Source of the DNA: Trichoplax sp. H2
Lineage: Eukaryota
Reading direction: 5' to 3'
DNA: 64,000 nucleotides
Assembly: GCA_003344405.1 (NCBI GenBank)
Contig: NOWV01000020.1
Location: 186,001 to 250,000, forward strand
Shown: positions 39,410 through 50,200 of the stretch, piece after piece
How positions within the stretch are numbered: position 1 is the first letter of the stretch
Layout: each line of letters opens with the position of its first letter
Notes under the pieces: generated by a model
The model's database searches: none
What the model saw: only the letters and a program-made list of their open reading frames with translations
What the model was told of the DNA's origin: nothing
Program-made: the position numbers and the translations under genes

Positions 39410-41435
39410 ATAATCCATGTTTTGCTGCTGATGGTAACGTCACTATGAAATCGCTAAGCTATAACAAGCTGCTGATAACATCGCTATGAAATCGCTAAGC
39501 TATAATAAGCTACTGATGGTAACGTAGCTATGAAATCGCTAAGCTACAACAAGTGACTGACGGTAGCGTTGCTATGAAATCGCTAAGCTATACAGTACAT
39601 TGTACTGTATTATACTGTACGAGTCATCTAAAAAATAAAAACTACAGTACTGTACAGTACTGTACTACTGTAGGCTCGAGAGTACTGTACTATGTACACT
39701 GAAAACGTGACAACTTTTATGCACAAGGGCTACAATGTTGATTGAGTGCTGACTGCACAATCCATGTTTTCCTGCTGATGGTAACGTCACTATCAAATCT
39801 CCAAGCTTTAAACTATTGATGCAGCTTGCAAAAACTTCTATGCACGGGCTACAATTTGGATTGAGTACTGACTACACAACCCATGTTTTGCTGCTGATGG
39901 TAACGTCTCTATCAAATCGCTAAGCTATACATTGTACTGTACGAGTCATCTAAAAAATTGAAACTACAGTACAGTACTGTACTGTGCCCTCCAAAGTACT
40001 GTACTATGTACACTGAAAACGTGACAACTTTTATGCACAGGGGCTACAATGTTGATTGAGTGCTGACTGCACAATCCATGTTTTCCTGCTGATGGTAACG
40101 TCACTATCAAATCTCCAAGCTTTAAACTATTGATGCAGCTTGCAAAAACTTCTATGCACGGGATATAATTTGGATTGAGTACTGGCTACACAACCCATGT
40201 TTTGCTACTGATGTCTGATGGTAACGTCACCATCAAATCTCCAAGCTTTAAACTATTAAACTATTGATGCAGCTTGCAAAAACTTTTATGCACGGGGGCT
40301 ACAATTTGGATTGAGTACTGGCTAAACAACCCATGTTTTGCTACTGATGTCTGATGGTAACGTCACTATCAAATCTCCAAGCTTNNNNNNNNNNNNNNNN
40401 NNNNTCACTATCAAATCTCCAAGCTTTAAACTATTGATGCAGCTTGCAAAAACTTCTATGCACGGGCTACAATTTGGATTGAGTACTGACTACACAACCC
40501 ATGTTTTGCTGCTGATGGTAACGTCTCTATCAAATCGCTAAGCTATACTGTACTGTACATTGTACTGTACTATACGAGTCATCTAAAAAATTGAAACTAC
40601 AAATGTGAACCAGTTCGAATCAGAGTACTTTAAGGTATCCTAAAATCACGAGTGTGAATCAAAATGTAATAAGAATTATACGAATATAAAGCTGAATAAC
40701 TTCTATCTGTATGTATAGAATTTAAGGCAAATTTTACAACTTTACTACAATTTATTTTGCCTAATAGCACTCTAAAGAGAACTGGCTCACACCGGGGTGT
40801 AGAAATTCGATCTAGATTTAAAAAAAACAGATAAAATGATCATATCTAGAAAGAAATTCTACACCATGTACAGTGCTGTGCCCTCGAAAGTACTGTACTA
40901 TGTACACTGAAAACGTGACAACTTTTATGCACAGGGGCTACAATGTTGATTGAGTGCTGACTGCACAATCCATGTTTTCCTGCTGATGGTAACATCACTA
41001 TCAAATCTCCAAGCTTTAAACTATTGATGCAGCTTGCAAAAACTTCTATACACGGGCTACAATTTGGATTGAGTACTGACTACACAACCCATGTTTTGCT
41101 GCTGATGGTAACGTCACTATCAAATCTCCAAGCTATAAACTATTAAACTATTGATGCAGCTTGCAAAAACTTTTATGCACGGGGGCTACAATTTGGATTG
41201 AGTACTGGCTACACAACCCATGTTTTGCTACTGATGTCTGATGGTAACGTCACCATCAAATCTCCAAGCTTTAAACTATTAAACTATTAATGCAGCTTGC
41301 AAAAACTTTTATGCACGGGGGCTACAATTTGGATTGAGTACTGGCTAAACAACCCATGTTTTGCTACTGATGTCTGATGGTAACGTCACTATCAAATCTC
41401 CAAGCTTTAAACTATTGATACAGCTTGAAAAAACC
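39410..41435. repeat. Complex tandem satellite (~119-bp monomer, ~40-bp sub-repeat, ~300-bp higher-order unit) containing an N gap
   Basis: CCATGTTTT(G/C)CT(G/A)CTGATG...GGTAACGTCACTATCAAATCTCCAAGCTTTAAACTATTGATGCAGCTTGCAAAAACTT recurs more than 10 times (e.g. 39762 and 39881, spacing 119). CTATGAAATCGCTAAGCTA occurs four times in 39440-39590. Gap at 40385-40404. Confidence 0.95.
40796..40865. repeat. 70-bp inverted-repeat hairpin (MITE-like) interrupting the satellite
   Basis: GGTGTAGAAATTCGATCTAGAT (40796-40817) pairs with ATCTAGAAAGAAATTCTACACC (40844-40865), 19/22 match. Confidence 0.75.
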
Positions 41436-41776
41436 TTCTGCTACACATTGCTCAAACAGCTCTATCACTAGTCTCTACTATAAAACTTGAGTCTTCCATC
41501 GATTACGATGGAATGAATTAATTGATGGTTTATTCAAGCTGGGATCAGGGACTTTTCTTCTTTTTGCAAGTCCCTGCTTTGACCAGAGTATTACAGTACA
41601 GTAGTGTGGGACTGCACAGTATAGTATAGTACTCTACTCTATCCCAGTGACGTCAAACTTCTTTTCTGCAACAAGCTGAAACCTGCTGTGCGACAGCAGA
41701 GTTGCTACTTTTGCAATCTTGCTTCAAAATACCCAGTTCTAAATAACCTTCTAAAATAAACTGTAGAATCAATCTT

Positions 41777-44752
41777 ATGGCATTGGAAAATAGACATGTA
41801 GACTGCATCATAAAGCTTGGTGGCAGTGCGATCACTTCTAAACAACATCTCGAGAAAGCCAATACACAAGCAATCAATATTGCAGCTAGTCATGTACATG
41901 AAATGACAAGGAAATGCGTCATTGTTCACGGAGCTGGGTATAACTTTAACTTCAATCGATAACTAATGAATCAAGTACTCGTGCAATTGAATCAATTAGT
42001 GCAAACTAATCTTGCTAAAGTATACGTACATTTGTCAGTATATTTTATACGACCAATCAATGATAAATTTTCTGCAAAAATAGACGTCTAGATAAAGCGC
42101 TTTGCATTTTGCCATTCCAAATGGATTGGTTGATGCTTTCCTGGCTACGCGTAGATGTAGATACCAACACTCGCATGGGTAAATACAGTTATACTCAGGT
42201 CTGGTTGTACCTGATTTATTATGTCGTCAAACGAAACAACGCAGCATTAGTAGTTGCATCTTGAAAATGACCGTTGAAAATAGATTGCTTCACAACTGTG
42301 CTAGAACTTCGCACATTTTTATTGATAGTCATGTATGCTGGATCTTATTCACAATTTGATTGTTTCATTGATATCATAGCAACATCGTAGCTTGTGCTAT
42401 GAACTAGCGTAAAACCTAAACGACATAATTTTAACTTCAGCCCAAAATCATTACCATTAAAAGTCATTACAAATGTATAAAAATCAGATAATAAACTATT
42501 CTATTTTGTACGCTTACGATAGAGTATAAAGCAAAAGTTATAATCATCTTTATTTCATCCTGGCTATAGATCATTCGGTCATTTTCACGCTAAGAAATAT
42601 AACATTGCTACCGGATTCAACGATACAGACTTCGAGCAACAACGCATCGGCTTTTCACAGACAAGACTATCGGTAACCAAGGTATCTCCTAACTTAACGT
42701 ACAATTGATTACGAGTTGTAGCATTAATGCTTAGCCTGCCGTCATCTTAACGCATATTTTTCTACACATTTTACGCAAAACAGCTCAATCACATCATTGT
42801 GCAAGCTCTAATCGAGAAAGACATTCCGGCAGTATCAATCTCAGTAAGAATGACATATCCTATTGATAGTAATATCCTTTGCTTGTCATAATTACATTTA
42901 GAATCGTATTAACTAGTGTTCTTAAATGCAGTTATTAATAATGCGCATTGTACACAAGTACCGGTATATTAAGTCATAAAATACATGAATAATATTGGTA
43001 ACAACTTTATTTCTCATACGTAAAGCAGTACAGAATTGAATATTTATAAACTGTTAATTTAATCGGATAGCCATGCGGACTATGGAAAACTACCGACAGA
43101 TCGGTTACTTCCACTTTTCTACAACCGATAAATGATCTCCTAAGAGCTGGCTTCGTACCAGTAGTGCATGGAGATGCAGTTATCGATACCTCTCTAGGAT
43201 GTACCATTCTTAGTGGAGATACAATTATTCAGGTAAAACTGACGTAAAAATATTATAGACGCGTATGTCTTAATATAATTCATCCGAGCGCAAGAGGGAT
43301 ACGCGTATACTTTGCTAAATTCATTTATAATGATTAAAAATTACTGTAGTTCTTTCGGAGGCCTCTAACATGCTGTCCATATTAACACCTGTAAATTCTG
43401 CTGATTGCTAATCTATAGTACTGTAACTTTACAGATACAGTCGCCTGCATAGAATAAAGTCTGGATTAAATACATCNNNNNNNNNNNNNNNNNNNNACAT
43501 TTTACGCAAAACAGCTCAATCACATCATTGTGCAAGCTCTAATCGAGAAAGACGTTCCGGCAGTATCAATCTCAGTAAGAATGACATATCCTATTGATAG
43601 TAATATCCTTTGCTTGTCATAATTACATTTAGAATCGTATTAACTAGTGTTCATAAAATACATGAATAATATTGGTAATAACTTTATTTCTCATACGTAA
43701 AGCAGTACAGAATTGAATATTTATAAACTGTTAATTTAATCGGATAGCCATGCGGACTATGGAAAACTACCGACAGATCGGTTACTTCCACTTTTCTACA
43801 ACCGATAAATGATCTCCTAAGAGCTGGCTTCGTACCAGTAGTGCATGGAGATGCAGTTATCGATACCTCTCTAGGATGTACCATTCTTAGTGGAGATACA
43901 ATTATTCAGGTAAAACTGACGTAAAAATATTATAGACGCATATGTCTTAATATAATTCATCCAAGCGCAAGAGGGATACGCGTATACTTTGCTAAATTCA
44001 TTTATAATGATTAAAAATTACTGTAGTTCTTTCGGAGGCCTCTAACATGCTGTCCATATTAACACCTGTAAATTCTGCTGATTGCTAATCTATAGTACTG
44101 TAACTTTACAGATACAGTCGCCTGCATAGAATAAAGTCTGGATTAAATACATCGTACTACTAAACAATTCAAATTCCGTAGTAACTTGCTACCCTGAAAA
44201 GCACATTTTCAATGCTATCATCATGCTTCATAGATCTTAGCAGAAAATTTATGCCCCAAACGGATCATTTTTATAACGGATACTAATGGAATATACGATC
44301 GTCCGCCTCATAATGATGGTACAATAAATTTTAATTTAAATAGCATTACATCTGTAATATCAGAAAATGTGCCAAAAACGAGGATATCTATCGAATAATC
44401 AATTTAAATAAATTTTCATCTAAGCTAAAAGTTCTATACAATTACGGCTAGTATTGATAAACTTTTAATCAACATTTATATCGCAGATGCAAAACTATTA
44501 CGTTATATTTCTGTTACTAAAGATGGTAAAGTCACGAATGAGATAGAAACATCTCAACTGGAACATGATGTTACCGGAGGAGTGCAGACTAAAATTGCCT
44601 CTGCAGCGCATATAGTTAGTAAATGTAATATTCCAGTCCATGTGGTAAAGTTAGGATCAGCTGCTGCATGGAAACTGTTGGATAAAGTTGAACTTGAAGA
44701 AAGCGATATTGCCACAACGATAACACTACAAGAATCTGAATATCCAAAATGA
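41777..44752 (+). CDS. IPK: Isopentenyl phosphate kinase (amino-acid-kinase superfamily), 6 exons; exons 3-4 appear twice across an assembly gap
   Basis: Exons 41777-41937, 42570-42681, 42784-42843, 43071-43232 (or copies 43515-43574, 43748-43909), 44234-44318 and 44487-44752 join in frame. They give IIKLGGSAITSK, IVHGAGSFGHFHAKKY, GFVPVVHGDAV, ILSGDTII, IFITDTNGIYDRPP and HDVTGGVQTKI. The HGxGSFGH histidine is the IPK/FomA-type signature. Confidence 0.88.
42766..44153. other. Near-identical duplication flanking a 20-N gap (probable uncollapsed haplotypes)
   Basis: 42766-43476 matches 43497-44153, differing by a 54-bp intronic indel and a few SNPs. The junction is exactly the gap at 43477-43496. 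Confidence 0.85.
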
Positions 44753-44998
44753 AAATATCAGCTGGCAATATATCTGTTTATTGTCTTCTATTTTAGGATC
44801 ACGAACATTATAGGATAAGATATATTAAGCACGTACTTGTTAAATACTTATTCTCTGATCACACATCATTGACATCTGTATTAAAATACTAAAATAACTC
44901 GTTGGTTTAATTTTTAACCTTTATCAAAATGAATCAAGGCTGGTTACAATGATTTTACTCGGTAAAACTGTGCAGTATTTTTGTATTCAATACACTAG

Positions 44999-45498
44999 GA
45001 TGCACGTACTATCTACTTTAAATTACACCACGCGCCATTCGAATGACGACTTTATTTAAGATGATATTGCTATAAATGCAGCATGATTATAGATATGTAT
45101 ATGGAATTGTTTTTTAGTTGCTCGAGATAGTTACTAACTCATTACTAAGTTGTCTTCGCGGTCAACGCTCCTTATTTCTGATATAATGAACCAATTTATT
45201 ATTTGCTGCTATCAAAGTAATCTTAATAAATACTAGTATACACGATCTATGTACTCGTAGTTGATGTCGTGACTTAATCATAATAAGTGCTGCAAAATGA
45301 AAATTTTTTATACATCCAAATTTAAATACTAACTGATTATTATTGATCAATTAGAGCATGAAAAAAGATGCACGTACTATCTACTTTAAATTACACCACG
45401 CGCCATTCGAATGACGACTTTATTTAAGATGATATTGCTATAAATGCAGTACGATTATAGATTTGTATATGGAATTGATTTTTTAATTGCTCGAGATA
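44999..45498. repeat. Two ~130-bp direct repeats between the convergent IPK and ATXN3 3' ends
   Basis: GATGCACGTACTATCTACTTTAAATTACACCACGCGCCATTCGAATGACGAC...TTGCTCGAGATA occurs at ~44999-45129 and ~45367-45498. Confidence 0.92.
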
Positions 45499-46407
45499 TG
45501 AATAAGCAATGACAGGGTAGAATTACAGCTACAGCGATAATCTTACAACTACCGTGAAATACTAAAAATAATGCTAACTTTTTTCGTAATTATCAGGTAC
45601 CATGTTATAAAATGGCCAATAATTACTTTAACAATCTATATATTGTATTATCTAACTTACACATATAATTATCAAATTTCTCAATTGATATACACAAAAA
45701 ATTAATACTCTATAGCTGACAATATAGCAATAGTATGTATGACAAGCACCTCGCGCATGATACATATATCCTATTGCGATCTGGCTTCAATTCTATATCG
45801 CCTAGCGAGATCGTTTAGTTCGTAGGAAATACTAGAACTATAGTTATACAGCCACATTACTGCTACACACATACGCGTTTAATGGCATTCTTATTATAAT
45901 ATAGATTCTACATCTTTGCAAAAAAACCTCCTTATATTAATGCTTGGCGCATCACCAGTCATTTCATAAGCTGATGTAAACTGCAATTGCCGTAGATATT
46001 CGGATGATTCAATAAAAATTTGTCAGTGTAGTTATGATAAGGATTTATGCGAATATACTATAAATCATGAGAGTTTATCTGTGATGAATCATAGAAAGCG
46101 GGTCCTCATGAAGTACGTGTATAATAGTATACAGAATCTTACAGCAAAATCATCATAATCACATTAGCATATTACATTAGCAATATATCGTATAAATTAG
46201 GATAATATGAAATTGATACAATTAGTCAAGATATTAAATATTATAATACGCGTACATGATTTTTGAAGCTACGCAAATGGTTACTGTATGTAGTATATCG
46301 TGTTTTCTATATTGTAATAAATACTGTATCCAATCAAGAAATTATATGCATAGGGCGTTAGTGAGTCAAGATTACTGGCCAATATTACTAGATATACGCA
46401 CAGTAGG

Positions 46408-49400
46408 TTATTGTGAGTTATCAGTTTGTAAAGATATTCTAATCGCTTCCTGTAGCATCTCTTCATTTATTATGTCTGCATCTATTAAATTGCAATAGTA
46501 TATCTTTAACTCATGAAACGCACAATCTTAAAGCAGATAACGAATTAATACAAATATATTTTCGAGAACGTATACCATACCAGTGGTTTTCGTTGCATTA
46601 GCTAAACTACTAGGATTTTCTAGTTCTATGTCAGAATTTCCTTTCCTATTAATAAAAGGTTGCGAACCGGTCGGTAAATCCTGTTATTGCGCATAAGCAT
46701 ATACAAAGAAGAGAAAAAAATCTCTTAATCAATAAGGAAATAAAATTTTTGAAACTGACCGATCAAAATAAAGTTTCCTTTTTTCACGAATTTCATCTAA
46801 ATTAATTGGGACATCGGGATGCTCCTTGCTGCATTCGACTGTAATGACACGGTTGAAATAGACATATTAAATACTTCTACTTTCATTGCCCTAAATGTTG
46901 TAATGGTTACTAAACCTGTATGTACAAAAAAAAATCTACTGTAATTAACCCTAGATAACAAAAAACTATAATAATTTATACCCATCTAGGAATGATTTCG
47001 TTACAAGCAAGACATTAAGGTGTAAACAGAGCACACTTATAAATAAAAATAAGTCCTAACTTCTGAATAAAATTCTTACCATTCTCATTCATTTTGTCAG
47101 CAGCGGCTAAAGCAGCTTGTAGTGATTTCTTTTCTACAAATTGGTGAGATACCTTATTGGAAATATGTCCTGACTGTGTCTGCTCTGATCTGTAGCTTTT
47201 CCGTACAATGGGATTATCGCCTATAACTTGGTCGGCCATACACTTCGGTAACTCACCAACAACAACAAATATTGAGTAACCTATTTATGAAAATGCAGGG
47301 GCACAAAGATATATTATATGAAGTAGCTGTCATTAGCAAGCAACGTACATTATACACCATGATCGTAAAAGATATCAAATTTCATATTATACTTGATTAT
47401 CACCTTCTTGCTCAAGTTGTGCCAGATATATACTAAGATACGTATCAGTAATAAGCTCAGGCTCACTCTTAATAGAATTTAAATTGAACCACTGCTAACA
47501 ATTCGATAGAAAGACAAATGAGTTGAATTACTAAATGTAATCAAGCGTAACAGTTCTTTAATTTACTTATGATTATAGGTAGTATCAATGAAATCCAAGT
47601 TACAGTTAAGGTAGATCAGTTAATTACTGTTAAATTTTTTATCTGTAATTTTATACTGCACCTGTTTACCAAATTTTCTAATAGTAAACCAATGCTGTTG
47701 CAAGTTACATATAAAAGCATTTTGAGATCTAAAAGGTAACCAACATAAGTAATCGATTAATACTGTATCATTAAAATGTTATATTATTCGTATTCGCTAA
47801 AAAATCTTTTAGTTCGGTTATACTACATCATTTGCTACATTCTCACTGAGGGTGTAATTTAGCTTCTCGAGCTTGCGGATTCGAAATACGAGTTAAATCT
47901 AAGTTCCATATTTTCAGTGCAGTTTGTAAAACTTGAATAGAAAAGAAACCGCTATCGTCCATATTTTGAGAAGGTTGCTAGAAATATAGTTTTACAAGAA
48001 TGAAGCGTTTATAAATCATCAACTGTAATTAATATATCGTATTTACATTGATAAAATGTCCTAGTTCAATTTTGTATATCTAACTACATTCATCTACACA
48101 CGTAGCCAAATACATACTGCACATCAATCCAAACTACAGTAATATGAAAATTGATTTTAAAAAAGTTACAGTTTTCTTGTCTCCTAGATAGTGCAAACAA
48201 TATTCTACCATATTTTTTCTACGCGAATACCAGGTACATTGAGTAAATCTAAATTACTTTACATCGACGACCTTATTGTTATTTCAGAAAAATGCTTTTT
48301 TGTTTATTCTTGGAATGATAAAATATCAACGCAAGTATTTGTTACTGTATGTCCTTCATGCGATACTGGATATTTGATTTTAATTTGTACAGTATCAATA
48401 ACATAACATATACTATTGCAGTATTGTAGCTCTAGCGTACGATTACATATACAACTACAACATACCTGCAGATATCTTAGGTATTCAGTCGATTGAGGGT
48501 CTCCTTCCGCCATCCTCGAACGTTCTTCTTCATCTAACTGACGAGCTATATCAGCTAAATCGACAGCAGTAAAGTAGCTTCCTTTGTAATAACGTAATAG
48601 TTTATGCGGATTAATTTGTAGCCTCATCAAATTGAAAACAGTACTATTATAATTATAGCTATAAGCATCAGTACCTTGTAATAAAGAATTAAGACAGTGT
48701 TGTGCACACAAGGAACCTTCTTGCTGCAAAAACATACACAGGCATAGAGTGTTAAAGGGTTAAGCAATATAATCATGGCAACATCACGTAGCTTAATTAA
48801 AATCATGATGTGTAAAGTCAGTAAATAAAACGCATAGTCAGTATTCAATTACGAAAGAAGTCAGGATGCTAATTATGAAAGATATCTCCAATCTGGTCTG
48901 TACTATCAATTAAGGGTGTACGAGAACTCCGATTGTCTCACTTTGGGTATTTCAAGGCATTTTATATTTCTATTACGGCTTTCTAGAAACGTCCTCCTAC
49001 AACGTATGGACGTACCTGTAAACTGATTATACTCTACTTGCTACGGATATCGCAAGAAGGCATGTATTAGGAAAATTTACGAGTAGAGTGCCGCCAGAAT
49101 AATGATTGGCCTCGTATACGCAGTACCAATTCAATGACTGTAATGGCTGTGTTAATTAATTAATTATAGCTATATTCTGTCGCTTAATAATATACATCAA
49201 TAATTCGCATACAAAATAAGATACCCTGTCATACGAATATGTGTATAGTCAACTTTTACATACGAACAATAAATCTATCGATAACCACACTATTTTACAA
49301 CATTTTGGTCCTTTGCTACCCAGAATGAGCTAATTGCTACTAGGAGCTACTAAATTTAGTAGTCCTTGTTCGTATGCACATAAGATTACACCAATGTAAA

Positions 49401-50200
49401 CATATTGGAATATTCAAAGATAATATGGCAGAGATCACATCAAGGTCTAGCCTCGATTATATAGTTATGATCTGTTGTACTACGCTGTCTACTTGACTGT
49501 ATGTAATTAGAATCAAATCAAAAGGCTTGAAAGTTTCTATAATTATAATAAACCAATGTCTTTCGCGGGCTATTTGCAATTTGTACTTTATTATTAAGTA
49601 TAGTTACAATCGCTTACTAGATCGAGCTTAGTCGAGCTGCAAGGAATGTCTGATAGGTGTATGAAGCAATGTTTGTAAACTGTATGGGAGCAAGACTATA
49701 AGCAGAATGCTGTACAGTACAATGAATAAGTATGATGCATACTAAATCGCCTTACAGTTGCGTATAACTGATTATGTCTTGACAAAAATGAAAATATTAT
49801 CTCTTCTCAAAACTCATGTCTCAACAGCGTGTAAATCCATTTCAAATAAGAATGATAGAGTCAATTCATTGAACAGCGGCAATGATGGTACCAAGATCAA
49901 TAATTACGATTTATAACAGCACTATAAGGTGTACACACTTATCCATATAGAGTACAGTATAATAGAATATAAAACCTTGTTGATGTCCTATTGGCTAAGA
50001 AATTGTTCAAAGTGTAAATAAGAAGTAGAAAATTATCTTTTATGCATGTTTGTTATCGCTGTTGTTTTGCAAATCATTTTCTCTATTCAAGATAGGCTAA
50101 CTTTACTTTGTAGATAGTAGCTAGCTAGTTTGTTGACTACTGCCATTTGCAAATTTGCTAGTACCAGGCAATTTACCTTTTCATGGAATATAGTATCCAT
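46408..50200 (-). CDS. ATXN3: Ataxin-3 (Josephin deubiquitinase), multi-exon
   Basis: Exon 1 (50200-50177) MDTIFHEK; QEGSLCAQHCLNSLLQG (catalytic Cys); YFTAVDLADIARQLDEEER; PSQNMDDSGFFSIQV; FICNLQQHWFTIRKFGKQ (His); WFNLNS (Asn); GYSIFVVVGELP; LDEIREKRKLYFDR; terminal UIM EEMLQEAIRISLQ; stop at 46408-46410. Confidence 0.93.

Noticed and set aside
39410..41435. Satellite as a CRISPR array or a coding repeat (ORF 40338-40541)
   Set aside because: Sequences between repeats are themselves repeated rather than unique spacers, there are no cas genes, the context is eukaryotic, and the 119-bp unit is not a multiple of 3 and contains stops.
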